From contig OZ287702.1 in NCBI GenBank assembly GCA_965649825.1, positions 1,106,786-1,170,785 of the forward strand: DNA of 64,000 nt, in the 5' to 3' direction. The stretch is from Penicillus capitatus. Its lineage: Eukaryota; Plantae; Chlorophyta. Position 1 is the stretch's first letter. Every line of letters starts with the position of its first letter. A program made the position numbers and the translations under genes. Shown here in pieces: positions 49,716 through 63,494 of this stretch. Under the pieces are notes generated by a model, which did no database searches, was not told the origin of the DNA, and was given only the letters and a program-made list of their open reading frames with translations.

Positions 49716-51894
49716 TCATGTCAAAAAGGACTGAACATCGACGAACGGCTCCTCAGCTTGTTCTTCGGCTTCCATTGACTCGCCCCTACCGGAACGCACT
49801 TGACGAACCTGACAGGCAGCAAACATCTGAAATATGATGTGACGTGCGGTAGGGGCGCACTTGGATGACATGTGTGGATGCAGTTCGCCAGATCGGCCGC
49901 CTTCCACTGCGGACAATAGCAACAAACTGACCGTCTGCGACATAACCTCGATCGAGGAGGATCTCCAGTGCTCTATTCCAGGCATTCCATATGTGATTGT
50001 TAGAGACGCATTCGTACAGGTGTTCTGCTACTTGTCAAACGTCGAGCCTGCCGAGTCACCAAAGGCCATGTATACAGCCGTGATGCCATGATAGAGTGCC
50101 AGGCGTCTCTGGACGTGTTCATCTTCCGTGAAGGCATAGATGGGATAGTCCGGACGATAATGGCTCAGCAGACCAGGCATGTTTCCCTTTCTGGTAAAAA
50201 CGACGAGGGAGGTCTTGATCGTGTTGGCCATCGTGGTCGCATGGTAGGCAAACATCTCAGAGAGATAAGGATTCGTATTCGTGGCGGCGCGTCTGTACTC
50301 CGGAATGATCCAATCGATCGCTGGCGCCTCTGTGCTACCAAATCGGCGACTGCCTGTGTAGCCAATCATGGACCGCTCCGTTCGGCGCACGACATCACTC
50401 ATGTGGGAAACGGCCTTGAATGGGAACTTCCCATAGGCCGTTTCACCCGACAGCATTACAGCATCCGCCCCTTCGCGAACGGCAATGGAGATATCGGACA
50501 CTTCGGCACGCGTCGGAGTCGGATGCTTGATCATAGACTCAAGCATGTTTGTCGCAACGATGACCGGTTTGCCCCGTTTGCGACATCCCTGAATGATCTT
50601 TGACTGAAAGTAAGGGACACGTTCAAGGGGCAACTCAGCGCCGAGATCGCCACGTGCGACCATAGCGCCATCCACAGCATCCAAGATCTCTCCCAAGTTC
50701 TCGATGCTCTCGGCACTTTCGATCTTTGCAAGAACGCCGATCTTTGCATCCTGCTGTCCTAGCCACCCCTTAAGCTCATAGATCACAGTGGCATCCTGGA
50801 GACAGAGTGCCTTGTCGTGAGCATCGCCGTTTGACGGAGGTTCTGTTGCTGACTTTGACAAAAGAGAGAGCATAGAAGTCGACACCCACCTCCACACCAA
50901 ATTGCAAATCCAGCCAGTCCTTTTCGGTAATGGATGGCAGCGTGGCAGACTTGCCGCGGACGTTGAGATGACGCCGAGAAGCCATAGTCCCTGGATCGAC
51001 GACTTCGACAATGACATCCGTTTCTGTCTTCTCTTTCACTAGGAAAGTGATCAGGCCACCATCCACCTACGACGTCCACACTTATTCAGTCCTCTCTGAA
51101 CGAAGCCACTCGCCAGAAGGATATCGTCAATGCTGACGTCATTGATGAACCCGTCGTAGTTGACAGATATTCTGCCATCCTGTCCGTCGGCTCCTTCGTG
51201 AATGGTAAAGGTGTAGGTTTCGCCTGAAGTATGAAGAGATCGATATCCTTTCCATTGAGTTGGAATTTAGAAGTGCGAGGGCGAACCCGTTTTGACGTCA
51301 ATAGGGGCAGCGAGATCGCCGCTGCGAACTTCTGGACCCTTTGTATCCAACATCACTGCCACATTCCCTCTCCCAAGTTCGTTATACTCTTTGACAAGAT
51401 CGACGATTGCTTTGTGTGAGGTGTGATCTCCGTGGGACATGTTCAACCGTGCGACATTCATGCCTGTGTACTTGCAGCCGTGTGAAAGGAGGTCTCGTTG
51501 AGTTGGGCGCGGCACCTTGATCGGCTAAACGAAAGAGGTCTTCTCTGTTGCACGTGCTCGGGCCAATTGTGCAGACAATTTTCGTTTTGCGAGAGAGAAG
51601 GAGCTCTGAGCCTGGCATGATGCTGATATCTGATTCATCTAGCGTCCTTCAGTTACACGCTCAGTAATCGCGAACAGTCTCTTCGACATGCTTCACACTT
51701 GCTGAAGCCTTCAGGGGCTGTGTAGAAGACGCTCTCTGAGGTATTGTAAATAATATTCCTTCTTGAGCTGTGTGCGGAAGACGAGATCTGGAAGGGCAGT
51801 CAAAGCGATGGGGTACGTGGCAGAACGAGGATGATGCAGTAGCCGTCGACGTCGTGGGGAGGATGGAAACGCACGATGCGATCGAGAAGGACAT
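49716..51894 (-). CDS. PKP: Plastid pyruvate kinase
   Basis: Transit peptide, RKTKIVCTIGPS, RLNMSHGDH, MLDTKGPEVRSG, AKIESAES, MVARGDLGAE, VATNMLESM, RAEVSDI and DAVMLSGETAYGKFP. Confidence 0.96.
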
Positions 51895-54423
51895 GCGGAA
51901 AAGGGTCCCCTTGAAGGAGAGATTGGAAGGCGAAGCTCTCGAATACGAAAACGCGGTATCATCTTTCTATACAGATTTGAAACCCAATGTGACTGGGATA
52001 TGATTACGGCTCAAGTTGCGTCAATTGATAGACATAGAAGTAGAACAATCAACATCGCAATGGCTACTCACATAACAAAAACAGTGAAAGCTGCGCAAAA
52101 TTGTGGCATTAAGTTCTCTTTTTACGCAATGTCGGGAGACTTCGGAACTTTTTCAAAGAATCCAACAGGAGACAATAAATCATAAGGTCTCATTTTATAC
52201 GCGTAGGAAGAACTTGAATAGTAATTGCATCACGATGACTCGTATGAGCATAAAAACAGTGCGTACTTGGGATACACTTCGCTTGGCGGTTAGCGAACTC
52301 GGGTTACACGGATTTAGTACCGCGAATAGAAATTCGGTACAATAAAATTGTGCAGTGTCGAACCCAGTCGACAGAAATAACACCTTCGGATGACAAATGA
52401 CCAGATCCATCTGTAGTGAGGGAAAATCTTCGAAGGCTCTTTTCTTATGACAATGTCTTTCTAACATTGATCACTTTGCACGAATGTTTGTCAAGGTATC
52501 GTTGCACATTGTTCTGCAATTCTTTATTCGTCGGAATCCTCTGTTTGCTGATCAATATGCTCATCATCGTCTTCGTACTTTTCTTTTAGCTGCGCTGTCT
52601 GTCTAGAAGTCACTTTTTGATTATTTCTTCATGATTAACTACAAGCTTCTTTTTCTATAAAAATATATCCATCGGTTCAAAAACAGATGGTTGGTTCTCA
52701 CTGAGCATTTGGTTGACCCTCTAATGCCACCTTCACAGAAACTAGTAGTGCGAGTTGCTGGGTTTAAACATTAGAACATACCTAACGAAAACATCGTCTA
52801 CTATAGTGAAAATCATCGTAAAAGTTGAAGCGATACACGCTATGCCCACATTTGGAAGCCTTGTAACGCAATCGAAACAATTCAGAATCGATCAGGACAC
52901 GAAGCACGAACGAATTTGCATGAAACTCAAGAACACGAGATGTATACAGAAGAGTGCTGTTCTTGAATACTAAAGGCGGCTAGGATTCATGGCCTTAGCT
53001 ACCGGCTGTCAGGAAACGCAGTGTGAGTTTATGGATAACCGCCCTATGGTTATTTGGGAATTGCAAGGAAACATCCACTAGCAGCTCTAGATGACTTGTA
53101 GACGTCTTGGTGGTTGTTAGGTCCGCAATAGTATGGATGGTTGCGCTAGCGGTTAGTATGCTAACCTCCTACACTATGGTGAAAGCCCAACCCCTTTATC
53201 TTTGTTAATAAATTCAAACCGGCGATAAGTGCTACAACTTTGGACTCACAGACCCAACAGTCGTTATTCTTGAATAAATCTTGGATAATTGATATTCGTA
53301 TAAATTGTTTTCAAAAAACTTGATTGCACATATTGCACTATCGATTGTGTCATGGACAGCTATCCACCTTCGCGCAGCTGTCCAAGGAATGCTTTAAATT
53401 CCAGACCATCAACGAATAGACAGTGTTTGTTAATCGATATGCCTTCGTTGTCATCGGTTTTCAGCGTTTTTTTGCGCGTTCCGATCGGCAGGGCTGTGAT
53501 AGATTGAGTATACATCGAAAGTAGTATACTTTAAGTAAACAGCGAAAGAACAGTGCGCGAACTACATTCATTATAGCTTTCTTAGAGTCGGTTGTGATAG
53601 TATTCTGCAAAACAAAATGCATTGCTTAAACGAAATAGACTTAAGCGATGAGAAAAATGTAGCTTACACCTTCTCTTCAAAGTGATTCTGTAATGGGCAA
53701 CAATGTAACAAATAAGATCGACGTTATAAAATCTCCATTTTGTGCGGATGACTGTCTGTTAAAAGATCGGTGCTTCGAGAGCTCGTTCTCCGCGTCGATT
53801 GCATGTTTTGTTTTCGAGCTGCGCTGATGTGGGCAGTCATAGCGACTGTCGTTTCTTACAGATTCCATAAGGACGAACGAACACATGAAGAACCACTATG
53901 CTACTATCTTGTTGAGAGATAGGTATGATCAAATCGTGTACACGGTCCGCAACGTCGGGAAAGAAAAAGTTCACCCGATAAATTGCGTCTCCATTTCTCA
54001 TCGATTTGAAGTTCAATCGCAAACCCAGGTACACTACAGGAATGTTTTCCCTGCGCTTTCCAAAAACTGCTTTCAGTTGAATTCGATCGCGGCATGAGTA
54101 GAGCAATATCAGTGACGGCTGCTTCGTACACGGATATGCGGTACAAATTTACTAAATACGAACAAGATTTTTTTCTTCTATGGTAAGTCGCTTAGAGTAC
54201 AAACTTCTTGCACTTATGTCCACCATCGAGAGATGTGAATGACGGTCCAATAGGAACCGATTGAACTCTTGCATCCGATTCCATAAAGATGGGACTCTAC
54301 TTTCTCGATATAGCAATGTCTTGTCGCGCGAACTCCAATCACCTTCATGCTTAACGATGCCTACGGCCAAGAAAATAAACGCAACGCGTGTAGCCATCGT
54401 CATCCTTCCATTTTTGAACGCGA

Positions 54424-55726
54424 ATGGTTTTTTCCACGACAGGCATCACCTTTTGTTTCCGTTTCCCTGACAGAATCAGCCAAAAGACTCAAACAGCACA
54501 GCGAGTCACTCGACGACGACGCAAGACGTTCAGCGTCTCGTGTGTCTCCGATAGTGAAGCGGATTCGCAGAGCGATGTACTCTACAACCCAGTCGTCCGG
54601 CACTCCTGGGATCAGTTGATGCGATGGTCCATTCTGGCAAGGAAGCAGCAGAACGGCCGGAGTGAATTGGACCGCGTTACCAAGATCGCGGTTTTCGGCG
54701 GAGGATCCTTCGGAACAGCTATGGGTGCTGCCCTGGCCCGTCGGAAAGAGAACCTCAAGCTCCAAATGCTTTTGCGCGATACCGACCTTGTCCATAACAT
54801 CAACGAACGGCACAAGAACACAAAATACCTAAACGTCTGTCTGCACACAGATCTCATTCTGTCATCGAGTCCTTGAACTGTAGGACTACGAATTGCCTGT
54901 CAATGTCGAGGCGACGATCCATTGTGCGAGAGCCATTGCTGATGCAGAATACATTGTCCATGCCATACCTGTGCAGCAGAGCCGCCGTTTTCTAGACGGC
55001 GTGAAGGAATACATACCTCCCGATGTGCCCATCATCTCAGTGAGCAAAGGGATGGAGACCGGGACAGGCGATATGATGTCCAAGATCATACCCGCCACAC
55101 TACACAAGAGACAGCCTGCCGTGTTTCTCTCGGGACCGTCGTTTGCCAAAGAAGTGATGGAAGGCAGATTGACGTCTTTGGTGGCGGCGTCGAGAAATAA
55201 GCGTCTCTGTGCCAGAGTACAAGATCTCTTAGCCTGCGAACGCATTCGTGTGAATTCCACGCGCGACGTCATCGGCGTCGAAGTCTGCGGTGCAACGAAG
55301 AACGTTCTGGCCATTGCAGCCGGAATTGTCGAAGGCCTCGAGTTGGGACATAACGCCATGGCCGGTCTCATCGCTCAAGGTTGTCGCGAAATTCGATGGC
55401 TTGCTAAGCGCATGGGTGGTCGACACGAGACAGTTGCCGGGTTGGCAGGCATTGGCGATATCATGTTAACCTGCTACGGTGATCTGTCACGAAATCGAAC
55501 GGTTGGCGTGCGGCTGGGTCGGGGCGAAAGCATCCACCAGATCTTGGGTTCGATGAATCAAGTCGCCGAGGGGGTCACGACGGCGTCGGTCGTTGTGACG
55601 TTGGCGCGCAAGTATCGTGTACAGTTGCCGGTTCTGACGGCCGTGGCGCAGGTACTCGACGGAAATTTGTCACCCGAACAGGCCGTCGCCGATATCATGC
55701 TACTGCCACAGATTGAGGAACGATAG
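54424..55726 (+). CDS. GLY1: Glycerol-3-phosphate dehydrogenase [NAD(P)+], plastid GLY1/SFD1 type, 2 exons
   Basis: IAVFGGGSFGTAM, ISVSKGME, LSGPSFAKEV, GATKNVLAIAAG, GIGDIMLTC..DLSRNRTVG and VAEGVTTA. Confidence 0.95.
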
Positions 55727-55813
55727 CAGCATTTGTTAAGTGAGGATACCTGCTGCGGATCGACGTCTTTTCGCGAGTCAAATCTTGTAGACGTCGTCCT
55801 CGTTGTCGACTGG

Positions 55814-57562
55814 ATGTCGCAGCATCGACCGGTCACACGTAGTCAAACGCAAGAAGCGCGACGAAAGGAGGGGGCGATCAAGCGCGATGTCAAGCCAACG
55901 ACGCCGCCGCCAGAAGCAAGACGCAAACAACGACGGCGCGCTAAGAAACGTAAGCTGCCTTCGCCACTCGCTGAGCTTTGTCTCGTCCCTCCTGAAGTGA
56001 CGTACTGCAGTTGAGGATGTCTCCGCCAATGTGGACCAAGACAGTCTAGAGGTTCGCCGCAAAAAGTGAGCCGCCTTGTCTTTTTTGCTAACAGTAGCCA
56101 AACGCATTTCAAGGGGACTTGATGATAGTTCCCTTAGAGACTATGAGAAGCGACGTAAGATGACGCATCTACGCAAGATCGGACACCATGTCTTTATCTG
56201 GGGAGATGGTTCTATGGGACAACTCGGAATGCCGACCGATCAAGATGACGATCCACAGATCATCCATCCAAGAGAGCTCATTCTTGAGACGCCTGTGGTG
56301 GCCATCGCTGCTGGAGGCATGCACACACTGATGCTCATGGAGGACGGATCGTTGCAGACCTTCGGTTCTAACGATGACGGCGCACTCGGTCGAAAGACGG
56401 TTGGAGATGTCTGGGGTGTCGACAAGGCTGAGAACGATCAGATGGAGCAGTGGAAACCGACGACAGTTGATATTCCAGATCTACCATCCGACGTGGAAGG
56501 CGTGCGTTGTACTGACAGCGGGAGCTTTGTCTGGACGGAAGATGGGAGTGTGTTTGGTTGGGGATCTTTTCGATCCAGTTCTGGTCTGGTGGGCTTCTCC
56601 GATAATGTCTGGATTCAGAAACTTCCAGTCTGTGTTTACAAACCGGCATCAAAGAAGAAATCTGTCACGAAACTGGCGACCGGAGGTCACCACGTCCTGG
56701 CTTTACTCAAGGTGGCAGACAATCATTGGCCTTCACCATCTGTTGAGTGTGTTTGTACAGGATGGCTCCGTGTTGAGTTGGGGAGATGGCGAAAGGGGAC
56801 AGCTAGGAAGGGGTTACCCTCAAGAAGAGGGTTCATCAGCGATGTTGACCCCTGCTGTGATCAGCAGTATCCAAGGCATCCATGTAAAGGATGTATTCTG
56901 TGGGGAATCGACATCGTTTTTCAAGACGGCTTCTGGGAAGATTCTCGCGTGCGGCATTAACAATGCAGGACAGCTCGGAATTGCCCCATCTGCTGACACT
57001 ACGACGGATTCTTGTCCCACCATCGAGAGCAGCGTCCGAGGCAAGGCGCTCTTCTTGGAACCGACAGAAGTTACATCTCTATCGAATCTGGAAATAGACG
57101 TCAAGCAAATCAGCTCTGGGAAACGACACACGTTGGTGCTGTCGGAGGATGGCTGTGTGTACTCCTTCGGGGCGCCGATCTACGGTGTCCTTGGTCGACT
57201 GGAAGAAGAATCGGACGTGTTCTCTGACAAACTCTATCCCACACCAGAAACTCTCTGTGGACTCGAGAATCATTGTATTGTGAGTATTGCTGCTGGACAG
57301 GTGAGACCTGCGCCTTGCGGACTTCATTGCTCAGGGGATGATACAGGACTGTTGCGCTTGTGTTGATGATGAAGGGTGCCTCTGGACATTCGGAGGCGAG
57401 CACTCTGGCCTCACATGTGTGGGAAATAATGGAGATGATCTTCTCCTTCCTAAGCTCTTGAAAAAAGGAAAAGCGACGAAGCTCTTCACGTTTAGATGTG
57501 TGGCATTCGGTGGCCAACATGGTGTCCTCCTCGGCCAGAGAAGAACAGAGGAGAGTAATTAA
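55814..57562 (+). CDS. RCC1: Regulator of chromosome condensation (RCC1/RanGEF-like)
   Basis: Basic N-terminal tail, then RCC1 repeats (FIWGDGSMGQLG, FGSNDDGALGR, WGSFR...GLVGF, WGDGERGQLGR, CGINNAGQLG, ISSGKRHTL). Confidence 0.88.
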
Positions 57563-57735
57563 GTGCCTTAACGCTATAAGTGAAGACATGCACAAACGAA
57601 TGACATGTAAAGTGTGAGACACTATTACAGGACTCTATCGATGTACCCAAATCAGCTCATGTACGAATCCAGTGCATTCTCCAAACACAGAACCTCTTGC
57701 AGAGTGTCCATTTCTGTATGTCGCCTTTGTGTGTT

Positions 57736-58694
57736 CTATGCTGTCACATCATAACAACGGAAGGATTGTGCCATGAACTGAAGCGTTTCCTGGGAGAAGA
57801 GGTATTGATCGTGTGTTAACTTCAGATGGGGTTTACCGTATCAGAAGCGGCTGCATTTCTATCCGACTGTAATCGGAATTCGTACTTTCGCTTGTTGGCC
57901 ACGCCAATGACGGTAAGCAGCCTTCTCTCCCATTCCAATTCCATAGATCTCTGCCGTTCCTGTTCGGTCACGGCCAGTTGACTCCGTGAAGCGTAGGAAC
58001 GCAAGATCACCTGTGCAACACAATGAAAAGCCACATCGGGTCGATCTCATATCCGCTCACCTCGATATCGTAGTAGATCTTTCCATCTGGTGTCTGTCTC
58101 TCTGCCCCTGATATAAACTCTCCTTGTCGGAGAACGCCAATGCGCGTGGACATGAATTCCGTCAAGTACTGTTGCAGAATGGCATTTCCTGCCTCTTCTG
58201 CTGTGCCAATGTCTTTCACAGATGCGAAGCGAGACGAGGAAGGCGATGAGATATTGACGAAGAGATTCTGTTCCGGATGTCGAAGGCTTCGGTAAGCAAC
58301 GTCGTTCCCTGTCGACTGACAACATTCCTCGATTTCGCTCTTTTTGGCAAGAGAGCTTTTACCGTGACGGGCAGCCAGTCGTCTTTGACAAAGAATTCAT
58401 ATCCATCCAGCACGTCTCTGTAGTATCCAAAACCTAAACGGCGCATTCATTCGACAGGACAGTGTGATCTGGACAGATGTCGCCTGGGGGTGGAATGGTA
58501 AAGGCGACAGTGGGAAGGGATCGCCACACGATATCTGTCCCCATAACCAGTGCGGGAACGAACAGGAACGTTCTGCGGGTCGCTGTTGCTCTCTTCTCGC
58601 GATGGCGGCTTTCGATTGGACCACACGCTGCAGCGGATGCCACCGAGAGGCGTGACACCGCCGCCACGGACATCGATCGACATCGGCTGAGCAT
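57736..58694 (-). CDS. PPD1: PsbP-domain protein 1 (thylakoid lumen)
   Basis: RR-type lumen signal, TIPPPG, YLTEFMSTRIGV, DGKIYYDIE, LEWERRLLTVIGVANKRKYEFRLQ, and a last exon FMAQSFRC. Confidence 0.9.
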
Positions 58695-58747
58695 TTTGGC
58701 CAACGATCACGAGGAGCGGATTGGTCGTACGCCCTGTCACGGACACC

Positions 58748-61700
58748 ATGCAGTGCACCACTGCCGCTCGACGCTTCTGGTTATTGGACAACGTTTGCTG
58801 TTTTCGAGAAAAGAGGCTTTTGGAGAAGAGACGCAGCGACCGGAGTCACCAGAGACGAGAACGGACGCGATGGGCAGCTGCTCGGGATCCATCCTTGGGA
58901 CTCACTGTGACCACAACAGGCGGTGCCTCTCGAAGTGACGTGCTACTGGACGGAAGCGGGAGAGAGGTGCTGACATTTCAGGAAGCGATCGCGAAGCTGC
59001 AGCTGTACTGGAGCTCCGTCGGCTGTGCCATCTGGCTCCCCCACAACACAGAAGCAGAGTCGACGCTACTCACAGTCCCTTTTCAGAATATGTCATCTAG
59101 GTGGGAGCTGGGACGATGAATCCGGCGACATTTCTGCGCGTCTTGGGTCCAGAGCCGTGGAATGTCTGTTATGCTGAGCCCAGCATCCGTCCCGATGACA
59201 GTCGCTACGGGGAAAACCCAAACCGCATCCAGCGACACACACAGTTTCAAGTAGGATCGCTGAGCAGAAATCATCTCTGCTGATATGGCTGCCTTCAGGT
59301 GATCCTGAAACCGGATCCAGACAATCCACAGGAACTGTATCTGAAGAGCTTGGATGCATTAGGAATTGATGTGACAGCACATGACGTTCGCTTTGTGGAG
59401 GACAACTGGGAGTCTCCTGTTCTGGGTGCGTGGGGATTGGGATGGGAAGTGTGGTTGGATGGAATGGAGATCACACAGTTTACGTACTTTCAGCAAGCAG
59501 GGGGTCTATCTCTGCCCGTCCCCGCCATCGAAATCACCTATGGCCTTGAACGTATTCTCATGTCGCGTCAAAATGTTCAGCACTTCAAAGACATCCAGTA
59601 CACAGATGTCTTGACCTATGGGGAGCTCCTGTTGCAGACAGAAATCGAGATGAGTCGTTACAATATGGACGAGGCATTGGTTGAAGATCACTGGAAACGG
59701 TTTCAGCTTTACCAGAAAGAAGCCCAGGTCATGCTGGACAAGGAATTGGCCCTGCCTGCCTATGATAACCTCCTCAAATGCTCACACAGTTTTAACATCC
59801 TCGATGCTCGAGGTGCCGTCGGTGTGACGGAGAGGAATGTTTGTTTCGGGACAATGCGAAAGCTCACGCGACAGGTGGCATCTCTTTGGTTGGAGCAACG
59901 TGCCAAAATGGAGTTTCCACTCGTCAAAGTGGACGCGCATCAGTCCGTTCCTATTGGCAGATCGAAGCTACAGAGTGCCGTGGAAGCTCGCTTGTTTGTT
60001 TTGGAGCTGGGTTGTGAGGAGATGCCACCACAAGACATTGCTTCGGCCGTTGAGCAGCTGAAAGACAAGTTTGAGACGTTTTTGCAGCAAGAACGCCTTG
60101 GGCATGATCGAATCGACGTCCACGGAACTGCCCGACGATTGGCCGTCATTGTTCACAATCTAGCCGGCACTCAGTCTGGCTTAGATGTCAAAGTCAAGGG
60201 TCCCCCTGTCAAGATTGCTTATGAAGCAAATGGCAAGCCATCGAAAGCACTCCGCGGATTCTGCAGAAAGAATAACTGTGCACCGACAGATGTCACAGTC
60301 GAGGCCGATTCAAAGGGAATCGAGTTTATTCACGTCGTTCGTCACGAACAGCCACTCAACACAGCCGATGTGCTCGCCGAAAAAATTCCTGATCTTATCC
60401 GACGCGTCACTTTCAAGAAGAGTATGCGATGGAATGGAGCGCAGACATGGAGTCGCCCTGTTCGATGGATTCTGGCCCTCCACGGAGACGTTGCTCTCTC
60501 TATCAGTTTTGCAGAAGTGACAGGCGACAACATCACTCACCTGCTTCGAAATGCATCCAGAGACCGAGCAGTTGTTCCGTCAGCCGAGAGCTATCTCGAT
60601 GTCATTTCCTCGTCAGGAATTATATTGGAGGCGAAGTTTAGAAGAGAGCATGTCTGGGATGCCGTGGTCGCTGCCGCCAGCCGTGTAGATGGCACAGTGC
60701 CAGAGAGATTCGCTCATGACCTCTTGGATGAGGTTCTGTACCTCGTCGAGGCACCGTCTATTGTGTTGGGATCTTTTTCTGCAGAATTCCTTCTGCTGCC
60801 AAGAGAAGTGCTGGAGACAGTGATGCAAAAGTATCAGAGATACTTCCCTGTTTACCGTTCCGGTGATGCATCAGAAATGCTGCCGTTCTTTGTGGCTGTG
60901 GGAAACGGCGAATTTGATGAAGAGACGGTCCGTAGAGGGAACGAAGATGTCCTGCGTGCTCGGTTTAAGGATGCTCAGTTCTTCTACGAGGAAGATGTGA
61001 AAAAACCCCTTGATGAATTTCGGCCAAAATTAGCAGGTACCTTGTTTCACAAGGACCTGGGAAATTTACTGGAGAAGTCGGAACGTATTCGACGACTTAT
61101 CCGCCCTTTCGCCGAGTGTATGAGGCTTGAGCCATCTCAACCAGCTGCAGAACGCGCAGCAGAGCTTGCCCGAGCAGATCTGGCGACTTATCTGGTCACC
61201 GAAATGACAGGACTGGCTGGAACTATGGGACAGCACTATGCTTTGAAATCTGGCGAAGCGTCCGATGTTGCAGATGCCATTTTCGAGGCCGTCCTTCCTC
61301 GATATGCAGGGGATTGCTTGCCAGCAACGACGGCGGGATTACTCGTATCGGTTGCGGACAGAATGGATAGTCTTGTCGGTCTGATCGCTGTCAAGTGTGC
61401 TCCGACTGCGACAGCAGATCCTTATGGACTAAGACGCATGGCGTACGGTTTGGTCGAGTCCTTGATCCATAACCAGATGCCCTTTGATCTTTCTCGCTCT
61501 ATTGATGTGACAGCAGCATTGCAGCCTGTTGATGTGACCAGTGATGTCAAGAGCGATGTCTTTGCATTTGTTCAGCGACGATTGGAGCAATACCTCCTTG
61601 ACCATGAGATCTCTCCAGAAATCGGTAAGAGAGGCTGTTTCTGAATCTGACGTACGAGGTGCCTTGTTTTGTGCAGTTCGTAGTGTCCTGGCCGAAAGAT

Positions 61701-62165
61701 CTGCAAATCCTTTCCTTGTCGAGAAAACGGCGAGAGACCTGAGTGAAGAATTCTCTAAGGGCACAACATCTCTGTTGCCATCGGTGATGACAGCTATGGG
61801 AAGAGTGTCCCGTATCGTCAAGGGACAGTCAACAGATGGAGATGTCTTTTCGTCACAGTTTTTGCAGACGGAAGAAACAAATCTATGGGAAGCTTATCAG
61901 ACAACAAAAGCCAAAGTAACCGTCACCGATACGATCTGACCATCAGGCTCAAGAGACAGACATCTAGGTGGACAGCGACATGTCCGTCGTTGCGTTCTTG
62001 AAGATCTGCCATGAGGATCTGGTGCCACAGATTGATGCATTCTTCGAAGAAGTCTTCGTCATGTGCGAAGACAGAGAAGTGCGCCACAATAGACTGAGGC
62101 TCTTACGCGCTGTTGCTTCTCTGCCTTCCGGTATTATGGATTTCTCAGAGCTTCCTGGAATGTAG
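58748..62165 (+). CDS. EDD1: Organellar glycyl-tRNA synthetase (fused alpha+beta, bacterial type)
   Basis: [82 protein letters not shown] and DPYGLRR. Confidence 0.96.
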
Positions 62166-62232
62166 CAAAGTCGATTTTGTTACAAATTAAAGGCAGTATT
62201 ATCGAGAAGAGATTCACAGAGGGCTTATGCTC

Positions 62233-63351
62233 TTATGCCCAAATGGCCAATACAGACATGGCACCGAAGCCCAGAAACATAACGGCCATTTTGCTTGCAA
62301 CGTGCTCAGCGTTTGACAGTTCACTAGGGATGATCTCCATCATGGCCACATAGAGGAAAGTGCCCGATGCTAGAGAGCTCAACGAAGCAGCACCGATGCC
62401 TTTGCTTACTTCAGATAGACCAAATCCAACGAGAATTCCGACAGGCGATGCGACAGAAAAACACCCAGTTACTTTCCAAAATCGCGATGCGGATGATTGG
62501 CTGTCTACCAGACTTGCTCCCAGTGCATACGCCGCCAGACCTTTATGTGCAGCAATGGCAATCAGCACATCCTTCGATGCATCGATCGTCTGCTGTGCCC
62601 CGAGGGCCAGTCCTTCGAGAACAGAATGCAAGGATAGGGCCAGTCCCAGAAAAAGCGCTGTCAGAAACGATACGCGCGCATGGCTCTCTTCCTCTTTCTG
62701 CAGATCACCCATTTCAAGGGCCTGCATCTCCAATGGCTCTTGTACAATCTTTCTTGACGCTGCCTTCCAGATACGCCCTGCAGAGGCGGTGACAAAAGCG
62801 TGGATACATCTGCGGTCGGTCGTACTGTTATTCGATGTGCTGTGGTTCTCTTCTGGTTCTTCAATGGCATCTGATCCGACGTGTTCCGGTCGGAGCAATG
62901 ACGAGCCATTCGTGTGATGATGCATGCGACGTGACAGATACGATGCATACTGATCGGCTGTCAGTGTCAATAAGTATCCAAAGGCGCAGAGAAATGGCGC
63001 GAGTGGAAAGTTCGGTACGGCTCTTTGTGTTTCGGGCAATGCGTCTGCCAACAGATGACAGAAACAGGCAGAGAGCATCACTACATCACTCTTTTCTCAC
63101 ACAAATAATAGAAAAGTGACATGACCTCCTGCACTCAACATGTTTCCCAGTTGGAACACAAAACTCCGTTCGTTGCCAGCAGCGCGTCCACGAACAGAGA
63201 GATGTCTCGGCAGATAGGACCCTGTCACGTCATCACTCAAAATACATAGATAAAAAGAGTGTGAAGACACACCTCCAAGGGCAACAATCAAAAGCATGAA
63301 CGCCGACCCGGCGTCAAATAGGAATCGCTCCCACGTGTTCGATGACACCAT
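62233..63351 (-). CDS. ZIP: ZIP-family Zn/Fe transporter
   Basis: GNMLSAG|VMLSACFCHLL, ALSLHSVLEGLALG, IAIAAHKGL, FSVASPVGIL and GTFLYVA. Confidence 0.93.
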
Positions 63352-63494
63352 TTTAATCTCGACCTGTAGTGCGTTCACGGTTCCTGTAAAAACTTCGGCG
63401 GAGTCGAAGCAAAAAACAAAGAACACTCGGATGGACGAACGATGTAGATGTTACATCGCAAATGCAGGACAGCGCGCATTTAAGAACCGCCGTT

